A stretch of 64,000 nt of DNA from Octopus bimaculoides. Its lineage: Eukaryota. The position numbers were made by a program, and so were the translations under genes. Position 1 is the first letter of the stretch, and each line of letters begins with the position of its first letter. Under the pieces are notes generated by a model that worked only from the letters and a program-made list of their open reading frames with translations, did no database searches and had not been told where the DNA came from. The stretch lies in contig NC_068982.1 in NCBI RefSeq assembly GCF_001194135.2, forward strand, positions 185,184,446 through 185,248,445, written 5' to 3'. Positions 35,700 through 47,235 of the stretch are shown one piece after another.

Positions 35700-36326
35700 C
35701 TACAAAGGAAGTCAACCATTGAAAATAACAAGTGACACAGACTGCTGAGCTTAAGACTGAGCTCATACAAACATACAACCATGCAAACACACAAATACAT
35801 ACACATACATATGTTCACATACAGGCATAAAGCCTCTCTCACGTACACACACAATCACAGATATTACATACTCAGAAATGCACCAATGCACAACCACAGA
35901 TAAAGTCACATACTTCTGCTGTTTAAATGGGAGAACCACCACTAATTGCTTTTGCAGCTGCTGTTGCCAGTCCATGTTTGTGTCAATATCCTTCTCACCC
36001 CAACTTGGTGATCTCCAGGAACCAAGTTCTGAATAACTCTTCTTGAATCTGGCAGTCGTCCTTTCTGTGATGTCTTCTTTCTTGGAAGTGGGACTTTTCT
36101 TGCAGGAGCTAACAGCTTACCCACACACACACAGATTGAAAACACACAAAAGCATACATAAAAATATACATAAACATACACTTACGCTCATATAGACATA
36201 AACATCCACACATGCACAAGCCTACATACATACACATACACGAACAGATTCACAGAGTGATTCAAATCTGTTAGTAAACGAGAAGCATGTATGAATGGCA
36301 ACTTTGTCTAATAATCCTGTCTACTA

Positions 36327-36510
36327 CAGGCACAAGGCCTGAAATTTCGGAGGAGGGGGTAAGTTGATTACATTGACCCCAGTACTTGACTAGTAATTAT
36401 TTCAATGACCCTGAAAGGATGAAAAGCAAAGCTGATGACAGCAGCATTTGAACTCAGAATGGAAAGCAAATGAAATGTTGCTAAGCATTTTGTCTAGTGT
36501 GTTACTGGCT
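36327..36510 (-). mobile_element. SINE family B (degenerate)
   Basis: Reverse-complement core and 3' GGCACAAGGCCTGAAATTT motif. Confidence 0.6.
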
Positions 36511-37856
36511 AATAAACATATTCACTATATGTGAATTATATACTGAGTAGAATGAAGGTGCATGGCTTAGTGGTTAGAGCATCAGGCTAACCCCATGAAA
36601 TAGTGAGTTTGATCCCCAGAGTGGGCTGTGTGTTATCTTCTTGAGCAAGACACTTTATTTCATGTTGTTCCAGTTCATTCAGCTGTAGAAATGAGTTGTA
36701 ACGTCACTGGTGCCAAGCTGTATCGGCCTTTGCCTTTCCCTTGGAGACTGGTATGCAGGGTGACTGCTGGTCTTCTATAAACAACCTTGTCTGGAGGAGA
36801 ACTTTCTAGGTGCAGTTCCATAGTCCAATCCATGCTAGCATGGAAAGCGGACGTTAAACGACGATGATGATGATGATGATTCATGACCGAAGAGGGTCTT
36901 TACTCTTTTACAGTATAGCAGAATGATTAAGAAGTTTGCTTCACAGCCATGAAATTCTGAGCTTGAGCTTACTTGTGGCAAAGCAGCTAAACACAATGGG
37001 ATAAAATTTGTAGTGAGTGCGCGTGATGGGTGCACTGTATTACTATGTGATCTTTACTCAGGTAAATAGTGTATATGTACTGTGTACAGGTCTTTCTAAT
37101 GAGACCCAAACATGTTCCTAGTTGTCCCCTTGTCTCTAAATAAAGATCAGATTTTCCTGTGAGCATGTAAATTAGTCCAGTAAAATTACTTCTTTATTTC
37201 TTGAAATTATTATTTCCCCTTCCCCTTGAGAATTGTGAACAGTAACTGCTAGGTTTTTGTTTACTTTCTCAAACAAAGAAGAACATTTTAATTAATGAAA
37301 AATGTCACCCAATAGAATCCCCCAGCATTTTGGGTACAATTTCAGCTGTATGAAGGCAGTATGATCATAATGAAAATTTCAGCTGTGTAAGGAGAAGGAA
37401 TATAGTACAGTAATAAGTCTAGACTCTGGTCATCCTGTTCCTGCAAACTTATAATTAAAGCCATTTCATCTGTAACTATGCCATCTTTTGAAGGGTATTT
37501 AGAACACAGCATTTTCTAATATGTTTCTACCTTTTGTTTCTATATTTCTGTTGCAATACACTGCTTTTATTTCAAATAAATTTGAAAATAATGAAGAATT
37601 TAGTAAATAGCTTTGTCATTATTAAGTTTGTGTTTGGAACATAAATTAACATAAGATTTGAATGAGAGATTTTAATTTAGATCACCTTAAAATAGGAAGA
37701 TTGTATCATGGAACCAAAAGCATTAACAAATGGGTCAATACCAAAAGAGTTAAGACCATGGTGTATAAGTTCATGGAAATTTAGCTGCTAATTCTAGCAG
37801 TTTGAGTGACTATATAGAAGCTCTCTAATTGTAAGACAGTTTCTTGAGATGTTTAA

Positions 37857-38076
37857 CCCTTTAGCATTCGGATTATTCTGTTAAATATAATACTTATTTA
37901 TTCCCATTCTTTTGAATTAATCATTCATTATCTTGGAACTTTGAGATTTCAATGAAGCGATTGTTTACTTCTAGTATGACATTGTATGATAGCTGTTAGA
38001 AACCGGATTTGGCCAATTTGAACATAAAACATGTAGAATATTTTGGCCGGATAAGGCCAGTTCAAATGCTAAAGGG
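37857..38076. mobile_element. piggyBac-type MITE (TTAA)
   Basis: TTAA|CCCTTTAGCATT...AATGCTAAAGGG|TTAA; a second, more decayed copy lies at 32493-32713. Confidence 0.75.
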
Positions 38077-38437
38077 TTAAGCTTCTGCTTTGGGGTTATT
38101 GAATGTGACTGAGGTGATTTTGCTACATTGCAATGTTTTCTATGAGTTTCTCTTGCACTTAGAGGATCTATATTTTTGGTGGAAGCTGGAAAGGTTGAGC
38201 GTGAACAAGGTCTCTGTGAAAAATGTAAGAGGAATTTATATTCAGACAGAGACAGAGCTTAATATTAACCTATGCAGTGAACTGGCAGAAAATGTTAGCC
38301 TGCAAAGTAAAATGCTTAGCAGGGTTGATAAAAAGAGTACCAGTTGAGCACTGGGACCAATGTAATCAACTTAAACCCTCCTCTGAACTTGCTGGTCTTG
38401 TACCAAAATTTGAAATCAATATTAAGCTGTGACTTAC

Positions 38438-38488
38438 CATATGGATGTGATCATAGGCATCAGTTAATCCATCAAAAACAATTCCATC
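38438..38488 (-). CDS. ACAT1: ACAT1 exon (3' part of human exon 6 equivalent)
   Basis: ttttctAG|GATGGA...CATATG|GTaagt; 51 nt; DGIVFDGLTDAYDHIHM. Confidence 0.92.
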
Positions 38489-38803
38489 CTAGAAAATACA
38501 AAATAGAAAAGTTAAAGTGAAATAGAAATTGCATAAATAACATAAACTAAAAGAAGGATCAAATTGAACAAGGGATCAAATTGAACAAGGGACATAACTA
38601 AGTGAAGGATCATGCTGAATAAGGCATCAAACCTGATTACAGTTGAATGATTAAAACAATTCAAATCTACAGACCCCATCAGTAGCTTAATTGTGAGATT
38701 TAAAGATGTAGTTATGTTGAAAAGAAATTAGGACTTATAATACATATGTGGTGTGTAGTGATAGATGCAATATATATTTGATAAAAGCTCTGGAGTAGAC
38801 TAT

Positions 38804-38840
38804 ATTTTGCTGATGAGGTCTAATAATATTGAAATATGTC
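38804..38840 (+). ncRNA. Degenerate hammerhead motif homologous to the 7127-7169 copy
   Basis: TG-CTGATGA-GGTCTAATAATATT-GAAA-TATG-TC; 42/55 aligned columns identical to the 7.1-kb copy, including the upstream AGCTC..GAGTAGACTAT. Confidence 0.45.
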
Positions 38841-39246
38841 TTAATTTCTTGAAATTACCTCCGCTTTTCTTTGGAGAGCCTCTAACAATACCCAGAAAGT
38901 CATTATTTTCTATTTCCAACTAAAAGGGCAATTTCAGCTAATTGAGAATCTTTTGCATTCACCATTCAGTACATCTGCTCTTAACTTATTTATCAACACT
39001 TATCTTGTCTTCTAGCAACTTGGTTAGGCCTAAAGGCATAGTTACTTTGATGCATATGACTTCATCTGCTCTGCCACTGATAGAGGCAATAGAGCAATAA
39101 ACCGTGGTGAATCCCAACCAAACTGATCTTGTTATTCTGGGTGCTGCTGATGTTTAGCCCCAGTTCATCCCTGACCTGTAAACCTATGATCAAAGATATG
39201 GCAGGTGAGACCATACGTATGATTGAGGGAAATTTAGCTGCATGGA

Positions 39247-39346
39247 CCTTCCATCATTAATCAGAGGTACCTTCCATCATTAATCAGAGGTACCGTCCAT
39301 CATTAATCAGAGGTACCTTCCATCATTAATCAGAGGTACCTTCCAT
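39247..39346. repeat. Young 23-bp tandem repeat, 4.3 copies
   Basis: CCTTCCATCATTAATCAGAGGTA x4 with a single substitution. Confidence 0.9.
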
Positions 39347-39406
39347 TGTATGTTAGAGAGAGAGAGAGAGAGAGAGTACTTAACCTGGTTAGTGATTATT
39401 TTACTT

Positions 39407-39741
39407 TGTAGGAAATTGGTTATACACCATTAGGTGTACACCCAATTTCCTATATTAAATTAGAATGAACGGAACGCAGAACTCCAAACTATCAACACAA
39501 CAATATTTATTCATGGTGGAAAATATGCAGCTTTAATCTTGGTTGTTGAGACGCCTTCTGTGTGTGAGAGCATGGTTGCTGAGACGTCAGACTGTAAATG
39601 TGAGCTGTCTGGCGTGAGTTCGAAAGATGGAGAGAGACAGCTTGACACATCCATGCTCCATGCCGGCCAGGCGAGAAAGAGAAAGAATAAAGCGGGAACG
39701 CTTGGATGTTGAATTCCACGCACGCGCACGGCGTTACTACA
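39407..39741 (-). mobile_element. Probable solo LTR
   Basis: TGTAG...CTACA termini, AATAAA on minus at 39506-39511 about 100 nt from the 3' end, CpG-rich; flanks ACTT/ACTA are an imperfect 4-bp TSD. Confidence 0.55.
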
Positions 39742-40072
39742 ACTAGTACTTAGTTTATTGGGCAAAATCCTCAGAAATATGAGTTTTACTTTAAATGAAG
39801 AAAATAGCTACAATAGAGATAGATGATGGTGGTGAGGACAAGAGATGACAGTGGATGGTAGCTAAGTAAAAGTAAGTCATTGTACGATGGACAAGTGATG
39901 ATAACAGAGGGTGGCTACAGTTAAGATAGGTCAGAGTGATAGGTCAGATGGTAGCTAGTACAGAGGTAAGTGAAAGTGGTATGGACAAAGCCTCAGTAGG
40001 AGTGTAATGGTTTTATAGTCATGTAAAGGTAAATGATATTGGGCAAAGACAAAGAAATATTTGGTGACTTAC

Positions 40073-40165
40073 TAAGAGCTTAACCCCTCCATAAGGAGTG
40101 CCAGATCGTAGCATATAAAGTGGTACATTTGACATACTTTCCATTCCACCGGCAATCATGACTTC
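40073..40165 (-). CDS. ACAT1: ACAT1 exon (5' part of human exon 6 equivalent)
   Basis: ttcttcAG|GAAGTC...CTCTTA|GTaagt; 93 nt, phase 0; [31 protein letters not shown]. Confidence 0.93.
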
Positions 40166-40346
40166 CTGAAGAAAATGAAAACAATTTTTTTTTTATAAAA
40201 ATCATGATTTCTTAAACTGACACAAGACCTCAAATACTAATAAAAGGTGTCGCCACTAAGATAATCTCAAGAACTTGACTAGAATAGTAACAATAATAAT
40301 ATTCTAAAAGGATTGACATAACTCTTCACAAAGGTAAACAGACAAG

Positions 40347-40769
40347 ATGAAGAGCGTGATGTGATTGCAATAGATATGTTATTGGTTGATTGATATTTAG
40401 ACAGCAAGCCTGTCTTTGTTGAATTCAAAATGAAAAGTGTTAAAAATTCAAGATTATAGAAATTCAAATATGAATCAGAAAATAAGAAATTGATATTTCT
40501 ATCAGTTAAAAAACTTGTTTTTGGTGCTAAAAACAAAAGCCATTTCTCATTTCTGGAAACATGCAAACATGAAAAAGTTATAGCGGACGACAGCCTTGCA
40601 TCAAATATCAACATGTAGATGCTGATTGCTCTTGTTCATAATTTAGATTTGAATTTCTATAATTTTGAATTTTTATCACTTTTCGTTTTTAATGCGACAA
40701 AGACAGGCTTGCTGTTGAAATATTGTTCAACCAATAAAATATCTATTGCAATCGCATTGTGCTCTTCAT
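40347..40769. mobile_element. MITE-like element with ~125-bp inverted arms
   Basis: ATGAAGAGC..ATTGCAATAGATAT..CAGCAAGCCTGTCTTTG..ATAGAAATTCAAAT is mirrored at 40640-40769. Confidence 0.65.
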
Positions 40770-41559
40770 ATAATAATAATAATAGTAGTAGTAGTAGTAG
40801 TAGTAACAACAACAACAACAACTGTAACTGATTTAGGTACAGGGTAAGCAAATCGGGGGATGGGTGCTAGTTAATATCATAGACCGAAGTACTTGTGTTT
40901 TATTTTATTGACTCAGGAAGGTAAAAGATAAAGAGATTTGAACTCAGAATGTAAAGAGTCAAAAGAAATACTGTGTTTTTTTCCAATGCCCTAATGATTC
41001 TGCTAACCAAATCACTTGATGTGGTGGTGGTGGTGCATTGTGAGCTCACAAATGGGCAGCAAATGTTCAAGGGATGCAATAGGGGCACCAAATGTTTAGA
41101 GATGTGAGTTCTCTTAGAAATAAGATATCTAAACCAGGTACAATATTTTTGTTTTGAGCATATTTAAAAAGCAACAAATCTTTTGTTGGCATTACAATAG
41201 AAATAGGACATTGTGTCATCTGAGTGGAAACATGACTGATAATGTGTCAAGGCCAAATATAATTTTGTTATATAAGGCATTACTTTCTTTAATAATTTTC
41301 CTAATAATTTAATATAGGAAGCACTAGTTCATGCAAATATCTAAAAGCAAAAACAAAAACAAAAAAAAAGACACACTGGATGGGGTACAAAAAGAAAATA
41401 TGTATAATAAATCATTATGCAAAATTAGCTTCTGTTTGATCAAAATAATCTCATGTATTTGTTTTTTTTTAAACAAATGGGGAAAGAGTGTTTGTAAAAT
41501 GCCATTCAGTGAAAGGGGTAACTAAACAACAAAAAGTTGAGAACTACTATTATACAAAG

Positions 41560-41986
41560 TAACTGCCCACTAAAACACATCATAGGAGAAGGTAGACGAG
41601 CATTCTGTAGGATCCTTTCATTCCTGATCTTGTCAAACAGAGTAATATTCATAATCTGCAGCAGCTGTCTCAACATATATGTATGTAACTTGTCTACTTG
41701 AGCTTTATACACTGTCCAGGTTTCAGTTTCATACAACAGAAAAGAAAGCACTATTAGTTTGGGATACCTTACATTTGACCCATAAAGAAATATGCCTATT
41801 TTCCCACAACCTCTCCTGTAGCCTGCCAAATTTAGCACTAGCTCTGTTCATTCTGTATGTGATTTCCTGGTCCAGTTGTGCATTATCTGAAATGGTGCTG
41901 TCAAAGTATTTGAATACTTTGCACTGGTCCAACCCTTGATTGCTACCCAACAAAATAACACAACTTGCATTATATTTACTCTGCAC
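41560..41986 (-). mobile_element. RTE-clade LINE reverse transcriptase C-terminal fragment (frameshifted)
   Basis: FKYFDSTISDNAQLDQEITYRMNRASAKFGRLQERLWENRHISLWVKCKV...LLYETETWTVYKAQVDKL; RTE/BovB-like motifs. Confidence 0.8.
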
Positions 41987-42070
41987 AACAGAGATGATAC
42001 ATTAAAATAACACTAGTAACAACAAACCAGACCCCACAACAAAACAGATGCAGCATACAAGCACAATTCT

Positions 42071-42452
42071 GTTGGCACTCCGTCGCTTACGACATCGAGG
42101 GTTCCAGTTGATCCGATCAACGGAACAGCCTGCTCGTGAAATTAACATGCAAGTGGCTGAGCACTCCACAGACACACGTGTACCCTTAACGTAGTTCTCG
42201 GGGATATTCAGCGTGACACAGTGTGACAAGGCTGACCCTTTGAATTACAGGCACAAGAGAAGCAGGAAGTAAGAGTGAGAGAAAGTTGTGGTGAAAGAGT
42301 ACAGCAGGGTTCGCTACCATCCCCTGCCAGAGCCTTGTGGAGCTTTTAGGTATTTTCGGTCAATAAACACTGACAAGACCGGGTCTGGGAATCAAAACCG
42401 CGATCCTATGACCGCGAGTCTGCTGCCCTAACCACTGGGCCATTGCGCCTCC
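42071..42452 (-). mobile_element. Full-length tRNA-derived SINE (family A)
   Basis: Near-identical to 6221-6602; 14-bp TSD ACAAGCACAATTCT. Confidence 0.85.
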
Positions 42453-43596
42453 ACAAGCACAATTCTACATACTCCAATAAACAATGTTGCAAACTGCAGG
42501 AATTCAGGGGAACACTTAGTAGGGTGCTGTAGAAATGTACACAAAGCAGTTGAAATAAATAAAATGAATGTTTCTAAATTAGGTTAAAAAGTCAGTAATT
42601 TTGAGGTGAGTGGGTAAGTGATTACAACAACTCCAGTGCTTGATCTGTACTTTATTTTGTTGACCGTGAAAAGATGAAATGCAAAGTTGACCTCAATGAG
42701 ATTTGAACTCAGAATGTAATGAGATGCAACTAAATACTACAGGGTACTTTTTGACCAGCACTCTGTCGATTCTGCAACGCACTGGTTTCAAATTATAAGG
42801 GAGAGCCCCCTTCCCATACTTGACTGGTACTTCAAAGTTAATCCTACCATGATTTGAACATAGAATCTAAGTTGACAACCAAACAAAATGTATTATGGGA
42901 TTTAGTTAATCCCACAATACATTTTGTTTGGCTGTCAACTGATTCTGACATCAAATAGCTTAAATATCATCATCACCACTATTTGTAATGTTCATTTTTC
43001 CATGCTTGCATAGGGCAGATTCTCTGTGGCCAGATTCTCTTCCTGTCACCAATCCTCACCTTTTGCCAAGTAAGGTAATATTTCATAGAAAATTGGAAAT
43101 GAAGGACACTGTTTGCATTTACAACTATCAAGCAATGTCAAGGCAGGAGGACAGTCACTCACACACACACAAACACAAATTGGCCCAGGTTTCTTTCCAT
43201 GTACCAAATCCACTCACAAGTTTTTGGTTGGCCTGGGGCTACAGTAGAAAACACTTGTCCAAGGTGACATGCAATGGGACTGAACTCGAAACCATTTGGT
43301 TGGGAAGCAATCTTCTGACCACACAGCCACACCTGCACCTATAATAAAAACAACTAATAGCAGTAGTGGATGTAGTAGTAGTAGTAGTAGTAATCATCAC
43401 CATTTGTAATCAATACAATGATTAATGTAGCATTAAGGCTGTTAGCCAAGGTTGTTAGCATTAAGGTGGGTAGACAAGTTCTTCAACTCCCTTGGGTATA
43501 TCATCTTAGACAAATCTATTTTTTGTAGATATATAACACATTATTACTATAATGGCAACATCATCAGATGTATAACTTACAAACTCTAAACCCTAC

Positions 43597-43697
43597 CTGA
43601 TGTCCACACATTAAACTCTGGGCAGCCATCATAACAGACTTCATACCAGAAGCACAGACTTTGTTCACAGTTGTGGCCGGAGTTGAGATGGGCAAAC
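43597..43697 (-). CDS. ACAT1: ACAT1 exon with the nucleophile Cys (human exon 5 equivalent)
   Basis: ttcttccAG|GTTTGC...CATCAG|GTaggg; 101 nt; (G)[33 protein letters not shown]. Confidence 0.95.
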
Positions 43698-43920
43698 CTG
43701 GAAGAAAAAAAGGATGGAATTAAAGAGAAGCACTAACGAAATCTTGGTTTAAATGAACAATATGTTGTCGATGCTGTCATTGTTATAACTGTGTTGCGAA
43801 TGTACAGGTGCTTTGCTGGTATTACTACAAGTTGATAGATAGTTTATATACATGCATTATATAAGTATATAAGGACTGAATATAGATATAGATGAATTAC
43901 ATCAGTGTATGTCTTTATGA

Positions 43921-44085
43921 AGAGGTACTGAAAAGTTCCTAGTTTTACAGGGCTTAGAAAAACTGAAGGACCACTGCAATATGTGTGTGAATCTGAGAGG
44001 GGAATATGTTGAATGAAATCATAATTAATTGATCCTCCTGTATTTTCTTATACCCAAAGCCAGGAACCTTTCAGCAACCCCTCAT
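43921..44085. mobile_element. Mariner-type MITE
   Basis: Ends GAGG.TACTGAAAAGTTCCT / AGGAACCTTTCAGCAACCCCTCA resemble the termini of the 52931 mariner; a second copy lies at 48555-48770. Confidence 0.6.
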
Positions 44086-44744
44086 GCATATCATTATCAT
44101 TTACTGTCCACTTTTCCATGCAGACATGGTTCAGATGGAGTTTATTGAGGCAGATTTTCTGTGGCGGCTGGATGTAGCCGTCACCTGCTTCCAAGCAAGA
44201 TAATATTCCCCATGGTCAGAAATGTTTTTTTTATGGAAGTCTAGAAACAAACAACCTCACTTGTTTGACAGTGATGCTCATTTACAACCCTCTCTTGATG
44301 TCAAGACAAGGGTATACACAAATACACATATGCACATATACATGACTCTTGGTGGAGTGGAAGTGTAAGGTAAGTTGGGTGGGTAGAAACATGATGTTGC
44401 TCATAGAGACTTTAAGTTTGAAGCTAAAGCAAAAACAAAAGACAAATTGAGGAAGAGGGAGGGGTTTAGCAGAGGGAATGTCAGCCTGCTTAGTCTCAAG
44501 ACAATAATCTGTGAGTGTTTAATGAGAAGAAAGAAAGAACAAAAGAGAAAAGAAAGGAAAGAAGAAAGAAAGAAAAGAAAAGAAAGAAAGGAAGAGAAAA
44601 GTTAACAAAATAACATAATAGTGAATTTTAGAAGTGACCAGTTGGGCAGGATAAATTACATTTAAGGTATGGTTGACAAAAAAATGAATGAGAAGAAGAA
44701 AATAGCATGAAAGTGAAAATCTTAGTTCCTGAACATTACAGGCT

Positions 44745-45830
44745 GGTGGCATTAGGGAAATGGCCGTGCCCTACCTGCAGGAAAGGAATTTTATAAGGTG
44801 TGGATACATAAAATGCGTAGTAGAATTAAAGGTACAGACAAAATGCATAGTGAAATTAAAGGCAGGTTAACAGGGAAGGTAGATTTCAAATGCAGCAAGT
44901 GCACTGAAGCAGTTATCATTTAGAATGCTCAGGAAATAGATTCTCTAAAATGTCCAAATGGCTTTCTAGAACTGGTTGATAGCTTTTTATACCTATGTGA
45001 TCAAATTACCAGTGAAGGTGAATGATCAGAAAGTGTGATTGCTAGAATAAAAATGGGTTGGAGAAAATTCAGGGGGCTATTAGCTTTGCTGGTAACAAAG
45101 GGCATAGCTTTCAAGATCAAGGACAAACTGTATGATGCTTATGTGTGAAGTTGATGATGTTGGCACTCCGTCGCTTACGACATCGAGGGTTCCAGTTGAT
45201 CCGATCAACGGAACAGCCTGCTCGTGAAATTAACGTGCAAGTGGCTGAGCACTCCACAGATACGTGTATCCTTAACGTAATTCTTGGAGATATTCAGCGT
45301 GACACAGCGTGACAAGGCTGACTCTTTGAATTACAGGCACAACAGAAACAGGAAGTAAGAGTGAGAGAAAGTTGTGGTAAGAGAGTACAGCAGGGTTCGC
45401 CACCATCCCCTGCTGGAGTCTCGTGGAGCCTTAGGTGTTTTCGCTCAATAAACACTCACAATGCCTGGTCTGGGAATCGAAACCGTGATCCTATGACCAC
45501 GAGTCCGCTGCCCTAACCACTGGGCCATTGCGCCTTCATGTGTGAAGTGTAGTGGTGCATAACAGTGTGATGTGAGCCTCGAGGTTGGAAAACATGTGAA
45601 GGCTTGAAAGAAGTGAAGCAAGCATGATTCACTAGATGTGCATGTTCATGTGCATGAAGGACAAAGTACAAATGAACTGAGGAACAAACTGGCTATAAGA
45701 GGAATCAGTTGTAGTGTGTAACATGCAGAGAGTACAAAGTGAATGGAAGAAGGAGACTGAGGAAGATCTGGGACAAGGGAGTCAAGATGCTACATCTGAT
45801 GAAGGCAATGACTGAAAGCCGTGTTGACTA
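44745..45830 (+). mobile_element. RTE/RTE-X-like LINE relic
   Basis: GKWPCPTC zinc-finger-like start; LELVDSFLYL.DQI...VIARIKMGWRKFRGLLALL..KG..FKIK..LYDA; multiple stops; split by a SINE. Confidence 0.7.
45152..45537 (-). mobile_element. Full-length tRNA-derived SINE (family A) inserted in an RTE fragment
   Basis: Same family; 11-bp TSD ATGTGTGAAGT; splits the RTE relic at 44745-45830. Confidence 0.85.
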
Positions 45831-45994
45831 GTATACTACTCCTCCTCCCTCCTGAATCATAAGTTATGATGCCTAAGTAAGAATGGGTTGCATGCTCTTA
45901 GATATACTGCCTTGTGAATATATTCTGGCCCCTCATCATCAATTTATCTCTCCTTCACACCATTCTGTCCATGCATATATATATTTATATATAG

Positions 45995-46273
45995 CACCAT
46001 TTGAGCATGACCGTTACCAACGTCGCCTTCCTGGCACTTGTGCCAGTGGCACGTGAAAAGACATTCGAGCGAGTTCGTTGCCAGTCCCACTGGACTGGCT
46101 CCTGTGCCGGTGGCACTGGCCTTCGTGCCGGTGTCACGTAAAAGCACCCACTACACTCTCTGAGTGGTTGGTGTTAGGAAGTGCATCCAGCTGTAGAAAC
46201 TGCCAAATCAGATTGGAGCCTAGTGTAGCCATCTGGTTTTCACCAGTCCTCAGTCAAATCGTCCAACCCATGC
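45995..46273 (+). mobile_element. RTE-type tail repeat (family C), 3'-truncated at the hammerhead-bearing sequence
   Basis: Family C body ends at CGTCCAACCCATGCA, directly before ATTATTCTGTGCTGATGA. Confidence 0.7.
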
Positions 46274-46279
46274 AATTAT

Positions 46280-46324
46280 TCTGTGCTGATGAAGAGAAAT
46301 AACCCAGAAATTGCAATACACAGA
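46280..46324 (+). ncRNA. Degenerate minimal type I hammerhead motif (different family)
   Basis: TCTGTG-CTGATGA-AGAGAAATAACCCA-GAAA-TTGCAA-TA-CACAGA; perfect 6-bp stem I, palindromic stem III, damaged stem II. Confidence 0.45.
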
Positions 46325-46923
46325 TATCGTTTTGAGCTGAGTGGGGGTGCTAGATTCCCTTGTTCAAAATATAAGAACACAGATCGTGTTGTATAGCCAG
46401 CTGGAGACGATGTCTCCTGGGGCTAAATTACAGCAACATTCGTCCTAAACCAGGAGTGCTATGTTATGTTGGCAAACATTCTTTACTCCATAACATCTCT
46501 ATTGTAATGTGAGATACTTCCAGTTTAATAGTCTCACTATTAATACTGAAACTGGTAAAGTGAAACTATTATCTCACATATACACAGGCATACATACATC
46601 AATACATATAAATTTGACATGGGCGATTCTTTCTTGTCTTGGGATTCACAGTCAAACGGCTGGGTGGAAGTGCACGAAAAATTACACAGATGTGTAGAAT
46701 GATCCGGTGGTGATGCTGGACTTTGTATTCTTTTTATAGCTCCCGTGGTTACTGAGACAATCTACTATAATAATACTCTTGTGTTTATGAATGAGAAAGG
46801 AAGGGGTGATAGATGATTAAGGAAAGAAGGAAGGGGTGATGTCATACTTGGTAGTGGGATGATGAAAATTGTATGCAGAAAAAAATAAATCAAACAGCAT
46901 TTCAACTCTGTGAATATATGTGA

Positions 46924-46964
<41 letters not shown>

Positions 46965-47009
46965 CACACACACATATATATATATATGTATGTATGTGTG
47001 TGTATATGT

Positions 47010-47235
47010 TTGTGCGTCTGTGTTTGTCCCCCCAACATCGCTTGACAACCGATGCTGATGTGTTTACGTCCCCGTAACTTNNNNNNNNNNTACGTCCCCG
47101 TAACTTAGTGGTTCAGCAAAGAGACCGATAGAGTAAGTACTAGGCCTACAATGAATAAGTCCTGGGGTCGATTTGCTTGACTAAAGGCAGTGCTCCAGCA
47201 TGGCCACAGTCAAATGACTGAAACAAGTAAAAGAA
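47010..47235 (+). mobile_element. SINE family D 3' part
   Basis: TTTGTCCCCCAACATCGCTTGACAACCGATGCTG...GGGGTCGATTTGCT.GACTAAAGGC.GTGCTCCAGCATGGCC.CAGTCAAATGACTGAAACAAGTAAAAG; reverse copy at 49795-49990. Confidence 0.7.

Noticed and set aside
35914-36108. Possible 195-nt cassette or poison exon in ACAT1 (AG...GT flanks, coding-like composition)
   Set aside because: No polypyrimidine tract, in-frame stop, no recognisable homology; unsupported without RNA data.
39247-39346. CRISPR-like array
   Set aside because: Direct tandem units without unique spacers, in a eukaryotic intron.
45790-45830. CTGATGA...GAAA hammerhead candidate
   Set aside because: Stems I and III do not pair; the sequence is part of the RTE relic.
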